Part shown: positions 1 to 12,508 of the stretch, one piece after another
How positions within the stretch are numbered: position 1 is the first letter of the stretch
Layout of the letters: every line of letters starts with the position of its first letter
Assembly: GCA_951406725.2 (NCBI GenBank)
Contig: OX597835.1
Coordinates: 35,774,001 to 35,838,000 of the forward strand
Direction of reading: 5' to 3'
DNA from: Octopus vulgaris
Lineage: Eukaryota
Length of the DNA stretch: 64,000 nucleotides
The notes under the pieces: model-generated
Told to the model about the DNA's origin: nothing
Seen by the model: only the letters and a program-made list of their open reading frames with translations
Databases searched by the model: none
Position numbers and translations under genes: made by a program

Positions 1-2
1 GA

Positions 3-190
3 AACTACAGCCTAGAAGACGAGCCTCGTCCTGGAAGATCTGTTGAGCTCGACGAGGTCGTCCTGCAAACCGGGTGGAACAAAATCTCATCGTACCTAGC
101 AGAGAAGCTTGGATTTGGTCATTCAACCATTCACCGAAACCGGCGTGACATCGCAAAAGTCAGAAGATCGGTCAATGGATTCTTCACGAA
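3..190 (+). pseudogene. Decayed mariner transposase fragment (HTH/linker region), truncated by the window start
   Basis: Manual translation across frameshifts gives NYSLEDEPRPGRSVELDE...LAEKLGFGHSTIHR...GQWILHE, matching the mariner motifs LEDxPRSGRP and WVPHEL. Confidence 0.8.
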
Positions 191-576
191 CCAAGTTCTC
201 TACATCTCGAATTGAGCACTCCACTCATATCTGTTCGACGTAAAGCAAAATACCTCGGTTTTCTTCCCTCCTCTGTCTCTGTATGTGTGGATGTAAGAAC
301 GTATGTATTGATGTATGTGCATGTGTGCATATATGCGTGTATGTGTGCTTATTTCTGTATAATATGTGGATGCATACGTGAGTGTGCACTTGTATACACA
401 CCCACACGTACATACACACAGAAGAAATGAGGTACTCAGAAATCTGGATGGTTTTATATTTACAGATATTTATTAGTATATTACATGTTTTTATACATCA
501 TATATCATATATTAGTGCTTTCATCCCTTCTAGTGGAGTCATCAAATATATATGTATGTATTCACACACACACACG

Positions 577-615
<39 letters not shown>

Positions 616-619
616 TCAT

Positions 620-685
<66 letters not shown>

Positions 686-750
686 TTACGTACACATATA
701 GCTATACACAGACAAACTGAGAGATAGATAAATGATAGATAGATAGAGAG

Positions 751-804
<54 letters not shown>

Positions 805-1077
805 AAATACAGAGGTAGCTAGGTAGTTAGATTAGACCATTGGATGTGAAATTGGATGGAGACGTTCAAAACCCAGTCAGGTTTAACACTGCTGTCAGCC
901 ATGTATGTAACTGGCAGATACGTAAGGGCAATCATGTGACAAATTAGCTATAGAAACCAAGATCATTGGTGTATATTGTAGCTTCTAGATCACATACTCA
1001 CATACACGGTCACGAATATATATGCATACACATGTGTACACATATACATGCATGTATATATATAAGTATGTATACAC

Positions 1078-1108
<31 letters not shown>

Positions 1109-1163
1109 TGTATTACATATGTATATACATATGTATGTATACATATATATATATGTATTACAT

Positions 1164-1215
<52 letters not shown>

Positions 1216-1292
1216 GCGCGTGTGTGTATAGGCATATTTATATGTGGGTATGACTTCAATGTCTGAAGAATGTGTTCGTAGATCGATTAATA

Positions 1293-1343
<51 letters not shown>

Positions 1344-1429
1344 TATGTATGTATATATATGTGTGTATATATATGTATATATATATATCTATATATATAT
1401 ACATACATACATATATCTATAAATGTATA

Positions 1430-1491
<62 letters not shown>

Positions 1492-1574
1492 CGTAATGTT
1501 ATATACACATATATACATACAAGTTCAATAGGATAGATTTGCATGTGTGTTGTGTATAGATTTATACTTTCAAA

Positions 1575-1935
1575 GACGTATGTAGCTTGGTTCTGTGGTA
1601 AAAAGTTTGTTTCCCAAACACGTGGTTCCGCGTTCAGTCCCCCGACGTGACACCTTGGGCAAGTATCTTTTACTACAGATTTGGCCGATCAGAGGATTTG
1701 GTAGGCGGACACTGAAAGGAGCCCGTCGATTATCATTCTCTGTGTATTCTGTACCTGTGTTTATCCACCAACACTGCTCGACCACAGGTGTTTGAGTGTT
1801 TATCAGTCTGCAAAACAGACTGATAAAATAAGTACAACGCTTATGAAAGAGAAATACAGGGTTCGAAGAATTCAAGAGGCTGCTTCAGCGTTGCCGCAGT
1901 CAAATGAATGTAAGAAGTAAAAAATTAAAAGATAA
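1575..1935 (+). mobile_element. Degenerate tRNA-derived SINE, family 1 (head GGCTGTGTGGTAAG...CACCTTGGGCAAG)
   Basis: Colinear with the better copy at 24768-25409: head, CACCTTGGGCAAG, GGATTTGGTAG, 3' GCCGCAGTCAAATGA and A-rich tail. Confidence 0.75.
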
Positions 1936-2676
1936 AGTGTATGTACGATTACTTGTAGGGACACCGTATTCACTTATGCACACATGATATATAAAGAGTT
2001 TTAATGATTTATAATCAATGCTGAGTCTCACCAGTGTTAGCAGTGCTATGTAATCACATTTAGAGTTATCGTATCCACTATATTTGGTGGCTATTTAAGC
2101 AATGTCTTCATTGATGAGGAATGGGTTGCATGTGGCGCTGAAGAAAGAGTAATGACTCCTGAAACATGTATATACACCTATTAGCCGTTTTTCCACCTTT
2201 AATCGCATTGTTTAATGCGTATTCGTTTACGAAACGTCATTGCAAATCAGTTCTGGCTACTATCTTCCAAAGAAAATCTGTAGGGATAACCTTAAATAGA
2301 GACAATCACACACACACATACACACACACACACGCACACACACGCATACACACACACGCGCTGTGTACCCTATCATTATATCTATCTGTCTATGCATGTA
2401 TCTCTCTATCTCTCTATATATGCATATATGTGTGTGTATCTGTGTAGGTGTGCATGAGTGTATGTGTGTATGTGTGTGTGTGTGTGTGTATCTGCATACA
2501 CATATACGAACACATACTACTAGTTATATACCATAAATTTAGCTATATACACGGTTAAAAATAAACTTACTATATTCATATGAGTTTAATCTTAGCTTCA
2601 AGGAAAGAACAATTACATTATCACCATATATTACCTGGTGCAAATATATAATAACTTGTACTGTTTTGCACTGAAG

Positions 2677-2876
2677 ATGTCCACGCCATGCGTTTCCTGG
2701 CGTTGCCTGATTATTAATTAAACTTTCGAGGTAGGGAAGATCAAGGACATATGAGAGCGTCCTGTAATTTTTTGCCGTATATAGATCTTAATTTGTAAAA
2801 CTGCAGGAATAATATTTAGACTCTATTGTCTTGTATTCAGAGAATTCAAATTCTTCTGAACGCTCGTCAGACATAT
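2677..2876 (-). ncRNA. Degenerate type I hammerhead-like fold in a PLE-like remnant
   Basis: Minus strand reads atgt-CTGACGA-gcgtt...aacgc(cag)-GAAAC-GCATGGC-GT-GG-acat. Stems I-III can be drawn, but the cleavage triplet and stem II junction are imperfect. Confidence 0.4.
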
Positions 2877-3133
2877 ATGTGTATGGTGTTCTCATATATA
2901 TATATATACACATACATATGCATATGTGTGTGCTTGTGCGTGTGTATGTTCATGAGAGCGTGCACGTGCTTACATATGCATATATATATATAAAATATTA
3001 GAAAAAAAACACCTTTTATCAATTCAAAATGAATAACTAAATTACACCATCTAGAAAATTACATATAATAGAAAAGTTAAAATTAAAATAACAATTAAAA
3101 AGTAAAGATTAAATAAATTACAAGAATAATGTA

Positions 3134-3174
<41 letters not shown>

Positions 3175-3246
3175 GTGTGGAATTTGATTTAGTATTTCTA
3201 AATTGAATTCTTTTTCCTTGTAAGTTTGGATTTTATTCCCTTAAAT

Positions 3247-3313
<67 letters not shown>

Positions 3314-3812
3314 TATGTGTGTGTGTGTATGTGTGTGTGAGGGGATGTGAGTGTGTGTATATTTATATATATACATACATATATATGTTTATATATAATT
3401 GATAATATCAAAGGTTAATCCGAAATATTGGAAATTTTCATTACCAGTGGCTTAGCGTGTAAAACTGTAGTCAATAGACTATATATTATTCATATAAATG
3501 CAGTGTACATTTAAACACATAAGAGGCGTCCGTCCATTTAACTGTCCTCTCTAGCGTACAGGTAGTCCTATGATGGATTCCTATTATGTGTTTCAATGTA
3601 CACTGTATTTATATGTTTATATATATATGGGCACAGCCGTAGCTGTGTGGTAAGAAGTGTGCTTCTCAACCATATGTTTCAGTCCCACTACATGGCACCT
3701 TAACCAAGTATCTTTAATATAAAGGGAAAGTTTACGAAAATAAACAAAAGACGAAGGCAGGTGGAGTACAAACAAACAAATGTATTAGTATAGCGCTCAG
3801 GAATAGAAAAAG

Positions 3813-3850
3813 TCTTTTACATTTCGAGCCTACGCTCTTCGACAGAAAGA
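3813..3850 (-). ncRNA. Compact hammerhead-like motif in an interspersed repeat (related copies 38206-38243 and 57921-57960)
   Basis: Minus strand reads tcttt-CTGTCGA-A-gagc(gtag)gctc-GAAA-TGT-A-aaaga: 5-bp stem I, 4-bp stem II, non-canonical core. Confidence 0.45.
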
Positions 3851-4038
3851 TACACAGAAAAAAAACAAGGAGAGAAACAAGGAGAGAAAAACATGCGTGA
3901 AGGAGCTAACGATCTATCATGGCGTTTGGGCCAAGCAAATCTTTGGGAGTGGATATGATAGAGGGAAATTGAAAGAAGGCCGTCTTTTATACACACATAC
4001 TCTCTCTCTCTCACACACACACACATATACACACACAA

Positions 4039-4069
<31 letters not shown>

Positions 4070-4215
4070 CTGTATAAAAAATATATCTGCATATATACAT
4101 ACATATATCAACGTACTTACATATATACATATATATATGTATAAAAGCATATGTGAGAATAGGACGTCATGAAACGTGTACAAAAAAAAAGACTGAACGC
4201 CACACATCCTCTTCC

Positions 4216-4260
<45 letters not shown>

Positions 4261-4280
4261 GGCAACAAGAATGACTCCGG

Positions 4281-4373
4281 TAATTTGGTACGATCGTTTC
4301 GTACTACATCATTTTATTAAATGTTGTAAGTATTACAACAGATTTAAAATACTAAGTACTCATCAGCCAATTA
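4281..4373 (-). ncRNA. Type I hammerhead ribozyme with intact core, PLE type
   Basis: Minus strand reads taattgg-CTGATGA-gtact...agtac-GAAAC-GATC-GT-A-ccaaatta. All core nucleotides are present, with a 5-bp stem II and palindromic GATC loop III; predicted cut between 4289 and 4288. Confidence 0.8.
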
Positions 4374-4564
4374 TAGAGGTTTTCCATTAATACAAAAATG
4401 TTCTAATCAAGTGGCAACATTATAGAGAAGGTAGATATACAGACAAATATGTGGATTTAAATTTTAAGAACATATGAGGTAGTGGAGTTCCTCAACTGTT
4501 GAGGGACTCCACTACGTCATATGTTCGTACCAAATTACCGGAGTCATTCTTGTTGTTTATTCTG

Positions 4565-4604
<40 letters not shown>

Positions 4605-4607
<3 letters not shown>

Positions 4608-5036
4608 TTATATATAAAAGTGAGGTTGTGTGCTGTCTGTCTCCTATGATTTAGATTCCTAACTACTCCCGCATTTTGCGGTGCAGTTTAACCAAAGCCG
4701 GGTATCTTATAGTCGTGATTCATATCGAGCCCTTCTGGGTATTAGTGCGCGGCTACGATGAGTCAACGATTTAAAAAAAAAAAAAAATTACCATAAATTT
4801 TTCCCATTTCTAATGCATTTTTGGCATATTTATATATGCCAAAAATGCATTAAAAATGGGAAAAATTAACTCTCTAAAAATTTATTATTAAATCTCAGAA
4901 CGTAAAAAGCTACAGTAACCCCCCCCCCCACTTTGTGGTTAGCCATATTGAGATGGCTATTATACTTTACATCTCTAAAAATGCTTATATATTTATTTCG
5001 CTTACAAACCCGAGCAACGCCGGGCGATACTGCTAG
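4605..5036 (+). mobile_element. Non-autonomous Helitron (~430 bp)
   Basis: Starts A|TCTTTATATATAAAA and ends with GC hairpin CCCGAGCAACGCCGGG (5009-5024) then CTAG|T. Inserted between A and T of a (TA)n tract with no TSD. Confidence 0.8.
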
Positions 5037-5539
5037 TATATATATATATATATATATACATACATGCATACATATATGTATGTATGTATGTATGTATATA
5101 TTATGTGTGTCTTTCCGTCTGTGTTACCCACCCCATCACAGCTTGACAACCGGTGTTGTGTAACTTCGCGATTCGACAAAACAGGTCAGTGTTATTAGTA
5201 CTAGGTTTTGAAAAGTATATGCATGTAGATATGTATGTATATATGTATGTATGTTAATATTGCAGCTATAGAACTTGACGTAGATAAAGTTATAGATAAT
5301 AGCATGTATATATATTGGTTTAAAAGACTTTTTTGGGATACGACTGGAAGGCTTTCACTTTTACACAAGATTTAGATTTGTATCTTATGAGCATCCTCCG
5401 ACTATTTATTATAGCTTCTACATTATATTCTACATTGAAAAAAAAAAGAGAGAATTATTTCGCGTCCTCTCGGAATATCTAAACTCTTATGTATGTGTAT
5501 ATGTATGTATGTATGCATATATGTATGCATGTATGTATG

Positions 5540-5570
<31 letters not shown>

Positions 5571-5770
5571 TTATAAATATACATATTTATGTATGAATAT
5601 ATATATGTATGTATATATATGTACGTATGTATGTATGTATGTATAAATATATATATATATATGCATGTATAAAAATTACGCAAAAAATTCGTATATACAT
5701 CCATCTATATCTAATATCTATGCAGCCTTGGTTTTTTTTTATCTCATTACGCAAAAAACTCGTCTATGTA

Positions 5771-5823
<53 letters not shown>

Positions 5824-5829
5824 ATTTGT

Positions 5830-6010
5830 GAAGGCGCATGGCTTACGATCATGAGGTTGTGAGTTCGATTCCCGGACCGGACTGCGTGTTGTGTCCTTGA
5901 ACATGACACTTCATTTCACGTTGCTCCAGTTCACTCAGCTGTAGAAATGAGTTGTGACATTCCTGGTGCCAAGCTGTATCGGCCTTTGCCTTTCCCTTGG
6001 ATAACATCAG
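5830..6010 (+). mobile_element. tRNA-derived SINE, family 3 (GAAGGCGCATGGCT head), partial
   Basis: B-box GAGTTCGATTCC; body matches 7175-7515 (CACGTTGCTCCAGTTCACTCAGCTGTAGAAATGAGTTG). Confidence 0.75.
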
Positions 6011-6075
6011 TATATATATATATATATATATATATGAATATATACGTTCGTACATATTTTCCTTCAATATATTGA

Positions 6076-6106
<31 letters not shown>

Positions 6107-6744
6107 CATGCACTCACACACACACACAGGCAGACAAACAGACACACACACACACATACACACACACAGACACACACACACACATATATATATATACACA
6201 CACAAATTGGAGCAAAACGATACGTACCAAGTATGCCAGAAGCTGGCTTCTTGAGAGAGAAGGCAACTCGTTAATACATGCTACAAATGATCACGTCATC
6301 TGGGGCAAAAAAATTACGCAAGGATTTCGTAACGTCTGAAGGATAATGACCAAAACAATATGCTTTCCTTGCTACCGTGCAAGTGCCTGGTGAAGAGGGA
6401 AAGGTAACCTGCTTACGTATATACATACACTGATTCTTGCATATTCAACCATTCTTACACAAAAATATGCATAAAATCCTAAGTACTAAAGAGACATGTT
6501 CACACTGAATACAAAAGCGGGTACATACATCTACATATATATATATATATACACACTTACTCAACCGCATATTAACAAACCCGTAACTCTCATTGAACGT
6601 AATGTCGCATTTTTTGCGACAGGCTTGAAATACGTAAGCAAAAAGAATAAAAATACATACCTCCAACGTACATCCAAACATAAATGATAGAAAATGTCGT
6701 TCATTCCATTATCTATTATTTATCTATTTATATAAGCTCCGTGT

Positions 6745-7056
6745 GGAGGCACAATGGTCCAGTGGTTAGGGCAGCGGATTCGCGGTTGTGGGATCGCGGT
6801 TTCGATTCCCAGACCGGGCGTTGTGAGTGTTTATTGAGCGAAAACACCTAAAAGCTCCACGAGGCTCCGACAGGGGATGTTGGCGATCCCTGCTGTACTC
6901 TTTCGCCACAACTTTCTCTCATTCTTTCTTCTGTTGGCCTGCTCGATTAGCCAGCGGGGAGGCGTCGTTTGTTGGCTAAAACAATGCGAAGTGCATTGTG
7001 ACCAGCGGTGTGTAGCAACATCTGATAGCCTGGTCGGTCACGTGATCACGGTGATA
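6745..7056 (+). mobile_element. tRNA-derived SINE, family 2 (GGAGGCGCAATGGCCCAGTGG head)
   Basis: A-box TGGTCCAGTGG, B-box GTTTCGATTCC, 3' end GGTCGGTCACGTGATCACG; homologous to 11662-11972 and 28303-28548. Confidence 0.85.
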
Positions 7057-7174
7057 TAAGCCTCATAGTATCTGTAGAACTTATATAACTAGATAGATAA
7101 TAGAAAATGGAAAGAAGGACATTTCCTATCATTTATCGATAGATGTATGTTGAAGGTATACAGATACTATGGGT

Positions 7175-7515
7175 GAAGGCGCATGGCTCAGTGGCTAGAG
7201 TGCCGGTCTCACAATCAAGAGGTAGTGAGTTCGATTCCTTGATTGGGCCGTGTGCTGTGCTCTTGAGCAAGACACTATTTCACATTGCTCCAGTTTACTC
7301 AGCTGTAGAAATGAGTTGTTACGTCACTGGTGCCAAGCTGTATCGGCCTTTGCTTTTCCCTTGGGCAACATCGGTGGCGTGGAGAGGGGGAGGCTGGTAT
7401 GCATGGGTGACTGTCGGTCTTCTATAAAACAACCTTGCCCCGACTTGCACCTTGGTGGGAAACTTTCTAGGTGCAACCCCTTGGGCATTCATTACTAAAG
7501 GAAGTCTTTACCCTT
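7175..7515 (+). mobile_element. tRNA-derived SINE, family 3, near full length
   Basis: A-box TGGCTCAGTGG, B-box GAGTTCGATTCC, body shared with 5830-6010. Confidence 0.8.
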
Positions 7516-7734
7516 CAATAACTGTAGACGATCTTTGCATAGCATACAACAAGGTTTTTACCCAAATGTTATTTAATCCATACATCTATATATCCCTACA
7601 TACATGCACGCAATTATGGTTTAGCTGACCTCCTGTTGTCGATGTACTTAGCCTTTCTCTTCTCTCTTTAGTTTCCTTCTTTTCCTTTTATGATTTTACA
7701 AGCATACTGTTCTCACGCCTTTTCTTTATGCACA

Positions 7735-7778
<44 letters not shown>

Positions 7779-8174
7779 ACTCTTTCTTTCTTATAGCACA
7801 TATTTAGTTTTAGAGAGGGCATGGGGTCTACGGACTTAATGTAAAGCTTTGTCTCGTAGTTTACGTAACATGAGACGGTACAAATCACTCGACATGACGG
7901 GGTAGAGTAAGTATACCAGGAACTTATATATAACAACTTCCACTATATATAATAACACGGGCTTGAAAACGTTAAGAACTGAAAGCACTTGCACATTTAT
8001 AAAAGCGAAGCCTTCACAGATTTCGTGAAATCTCTTCCAAAGGTTAGTGTCTTTCAACTTTCTAAAAAAGTTCTTTTCTCAATCTTAACTCTTTGAGAAC
8101 AAATCTCTTCTCCAAACATTATGACTGCATCAAGGAATTTCCAAAGCACACACACTGTCTCTCTCTCTCTCACT

Positions 8175-8257
<83 letters not shown>

Positions 8258-8994
8258 GATAGAATTTTTCGAAAAAAATTCTATCAATGGCCAGCATATT
8301 AAAATTTATAAACAATTTATAAGTACTATATTTTCGAACGACGAAAGACACAAATGGAAAATAAGACAAACAACACTAACAACGACCCTTCATCAGTTGT
8401 TGTCTGTTTTTCTGCTCTCGTATTTCGAGCATTTAACAACAAGATACGCTTTCGATAAAACAGTCGCTGCTGCAAAGGAAATTAAATAAAATTTGGGATT
8501 TTGCGGAGGGTCAAAATTGGTAGCACAAACAGGACAGTGAAAAAAAAAAGGCAAGGGTTGCTAAACCTAAACAAGGTTGTGGTGGCGAACGCGTGAATCA
8601 AGCTTGGACAGGAGACAGACAAGAACACGTCTTTCTTGATCGAGCTACAACGGAGAGAAAGAAACACAAGTTAGAAGAAAGATGGCCGATGGGCACATGG
8701 GTGCCACGTGAGCATTGGAAGAAGAGTGAGGGAGAGGGAGTGAAGTTGAGAGGTAAATATTGGAGATAGGATAATTGAGAAAAACAGGGGGGGGGGGAGA
8801 AAGGGAGGTAGAAAAATAAGAGAAAAAAACAAAAGAGTAATAAGATAGAATAATGAGAGAAAAGGAGGCAAAAGAATAAGATTAAAAAGATAATAGGTTG
8901 CGGATCAGAATTATGAAGATAAAACTTACTTGGAAGAGGATGCGTGACGTTCAGTCATATAATAATATAAATAATATATATATATATATATGTA

Positions 8995-9030
8995 TCGACG
9001 ATAGGCAATACACCTTGAAACCATGGTCCG
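8995..9030 (+). ncRNA. 5'-eroded hammerhead-like motif abutting (TA)n
   Basis: TCGACGA-tagg(caataca)cctt-GAAAC-CATG-GT-C-cg; palindromic loop III and GUC triplet intact, 5' core altered. Confidence 0.45.
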
Positions 9031-9510
9031 TGTGTGGTTTCCGCTTCATCGGGGAATTACCTCCCTTTGCAGGTTAAGGGCACCGTGACGGTGTCGAGCC
9101 TTTCTGGTGACGTCGATGTTCGCCTGGGGCTAAATGCAACAGTAACACCCCCACCACCCTGCCCTGTCCCTAGCCATATTCAGATGGCTTTAGTCCCTTA
9201 TGTTATCGAGCAGTTACTGTCTATATCTCTTTTAGAGAATTATTATTGCTATATATATATATATATATATATATATGATAATAATAATAATATTATGGCG
9301 TATAACTCCAAACTTACAAGGAAAAATGCAATTTAGTATTAAATCAAATGTCACTATATAATATATATGAATTAGAGAAAACCAGTATTATGTAATTCAA
9401 ACAATGATAGGCATAAACCAAATCATAAAGAAAAAATAAAATATATTATAAAACATATAACTAGATCACAAAAAGTACAAAAACATGAATAAACAATATA
9501 TAAGTAAAAA

Positions 9511-9604
9511 GGCTACGTATGTTTCGTGGCTATGACTTCAATTCGAATTACAATTAAATTTAAATTTAATCGAAAAACAATTCCATTTAAAAGTATAGTC
9601 ACTC

Positions 9605-9608
<4 letters not shown>
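9511..9608 (-). ncRNA. Hammerhead ribozyme remnant truncated by (TA)n, in a PLE-like terminal repeat (~9290-9608)
   Basis: Minus strand reads (TA)n-TGAGGA-gtgactat...atagccac-GAAAC-ATAC-GT-A-gcc; stem II pairs at 7 of 8 positions. The adjacent AT-rich end (9290-9355) is homologous to the reverse complement of 3180-3245. Confidence 0.6.
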
Positions 9609-9678
<70 letters not shown>

Positions 9679-9689
9679 TATACCGGTGC

Positions 9690-10010
9690 AGGCGTGGTTG
9701 TGTTCATAACAAGCTTGTATCCTGAGCACATGAAACCGGGTTTAGTCCCATTGCGTTCCACTTTGAGCAAGCGTCTTCTAATGTCTTGCGGGTGAATTTA
9801 GTGGACGGAAACTGTATACATGCATGTATGTCTTTGTGCCAGTTCTTTTCTCCCAACTCCGCTAGATACCTGGTGTTGCTGTGTTTATATGCTCGTAACA
9901 TAGCTGTTCGGCAGAAATTACGGATAGAATAAGTGCTGTAATCGTTTTATTAAACCAAAGGTTCCTAAATGCGGAGCCCAAGCGCGACCAGTTCAATGGC
10001 TGAAACACGT
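9690..10010 (+). mobile_element. Degenerate family 1 SINE
   Basis: Head GGCGTGGTTGTG...TTAGTCCCATTGCG...TTGAGCAAG, GATAGAATAAGT, 3' CAATGGCTGAAAC. Confidence 0.6.
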
Positions 10011-10056
10011 AAAAAATTGATTGATAGATAGATAAGTATTTGTAAATAGATATACT

Positions 10057-10096
<40 letters not shown>

Positions 10097-10300
10097 CGCG
10101 CGCGCGTGCGTGTCTTTGTGCATGTGTGATATAGTGTTGAGAGAGGCCTGCTATGATCAGAATCTCACGGAGAGAAATCACCGTTAAAATATACACTTTA
10201 CGAAGTTTGCAGAGACAATATGTATTTCTGAGTCTCTCTCTGTTGTGTATGTGTGTGTATGAGCGCTGGGGGTATGCCTATGGATACAAATATGTATATG

Positions 10301-10417
<117 letters not shown>

Positions 10418-10569
10418 TATATAATATATATATATACATATATATATTATATATATATGCATAAATGCCAGCATATACATTCGGATATATACACACCAAT
10501 GTTTATACACATACAAATTTATATACACATAGACACGCACATGAATGTATAATACATACACACAGACAA

Positions 10570-10622
<53 letters not shown>

Positions 10623-10635
10623 CATAGATACATGC

Positions 10636-10674
<39 letters not shown>

Positions 10675-10676
10675 TA

Positions 10677-10748
<72 letters not shown>

Positions 10749-10940
10749 CATACAGAATTGTTTCATTCATCCAAGTAAGTCTCTGTCTTTGAAAAGGTGA
10801 TAACTTTTGGCGGTTGTTTTAAACGGCGCCATTTTCTAAAACATTTGTTTCCCTTACTCCTCCCTCAACACCGACAGGTTGAGCTTTCTGGTGTTCGACA
10901 TCAAAAGAATGCTGATAGCATATTCACGTCGCGTCTTCCA

Positions 10941-11180
10941 TACATACATATATGCAAACATACATAGATGCATACATACATACATACATACATATATACA
11001 TACATACAAACATACATACATACATGCATACATACATACATGTATACAAACATACATACATACATGCATACATACATACATACATACATACATACATACA
11101 TACATGCATGCATACATACATACATACATACATACATACATACATACATGTTTGCATACATACATACATACATACATACA

Positions 11181-11210
<30 letters not shown>
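10941..11210. repeat. (TACA)n tetranucleotide microsatellite
   Basis: Direct reading. Confidence 0.95.
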
Positions 11211-11213
<3 letters not shown>

Positions 11214-11531
11214 GCATTCATGGTGTATAGACGTGCTGGTGTTAAGGAGTTGTATGAAGCTTGTTGCCTGACGATGATGTCTGGAGTTCAGTCCCATGGT
11301 ACGGCAATTCCGGCAAGTGTCTTCCGCTACAGCCTGGGACGACCGAAGCCTTGAGAGCGGATTTCGTTGGAGCGGTGGTGCGTGACTAAAATAAACCGAT
11401 CGCACAAGAAGTAACGTGATTGGGACCTCGAAGTCTGTGCCTACTGGCCTTGGTGGCATTATATCCAACGGCGAAGGTGCATCCAAATAAAGAACAGCGA
11501 AACTTCGATGTCACTTTCATCATTCTTCTAT

Positions 11532-11599
<68 letters not shown>

Positions 11600-11661
11600 A
11601 CACATATTGGCATGTCAGTGTGTGTATGTATACGTCTATATATGTATATGTGTGTGTATGT

Positions 11662-11972
11662 GGAGGCGCAATGGCCCAGTGGTTAGGGCAGCGGACTCGC
11701 GGTCGTAGGATCTCGGTTTCGATTCCCAGACTGGGCGTTGTGAGTGTATATTGAGCGAAAATACCTAAATCTTCACGAGGCTCCGGCAGGGGATGGTGGC
11801 GATCCCTGCTGTAATCTTTCGTCACAACTTTCTCTCACTCTTTCTTCTGTAGGGCTGCTCGCTTAGCCAGCGGGGTGGCGTCATTTGAAGGCTAAAACAA
11901 TGCGAAGCGCATTGTGACTAGCGATGTGTAGCAATATCTGATAACCTGGTCGGTCACGGTGATCACGGGGAT
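11662..11972 (+). mobile_element. Family 2 tRNA-derived SINE, full length
   Basis: A-box TGGCCCAGTGG, anticodon-like arm GCGGACTCGCGGTCG, B-box GTTTCGATTCC; colinear with 6745-7056. Confidence 0.88.
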
Positions 11973-12343
11973 GTGTGTGTATCTGTGTATGTACTGTATG
12001 AGTATCGTTTGTGGTTGTTTGGGGAAATGGATGTATGAACTTTATGCATAATGCAGTGATATATTGCAATGAAAATATTGTTAATTAAATTCGATACAAA
12101 TTATTGGATGTGAAGAATATATAGATGAGAGACACATGGATAATAGATGTACCATTTTTAATATTTAAAAAATGAGTATAAATCCCAAAACATATATTGA
12201 CCGTTAGAAGTTAAATTGATATATATATATTTAATTTAGTATGTGTGTATACATACATATACACATGTATGTGTGAGTGTGATCCTGCATACACACACCA
12301 CACACAAACATGTTTCTTTATATATATATATATATATATATAA

Positions 12344-12459
12344 CACGTGATCACGTGACCGACCAGACCATCAGATGTTGTTACACATCGCTGGTCACAA
12401 TGCGTTCGCATTGTTTTAGCCTTTGAATGACGCCACCCCGCTGGCTAAGCGAGCAGGCA
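12344..12459 (-). mobile_element. Family 2 SINE, 3' fragment
   Basis: Reverse complement of the 3' third of 11662-11972. Confidence 0.85.
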
Positions 12460-12466
12460 AATACAT

Positions 12467-12508
<42 letters not shown>

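Noticed and set aside
8325-8400. CTGATGAAGGG on the minus strand as a hammerhead
   Set aside because: No matching stem II partner or GAAAC...UH at a suitable position; probably a decayed repeat fragment
11662-11735. tRNA-like sequence (A and B boxes, TCG anticodon-like loop)
   Set aside because: It is the head of a multi-copy SINE; no proper acceptor stem
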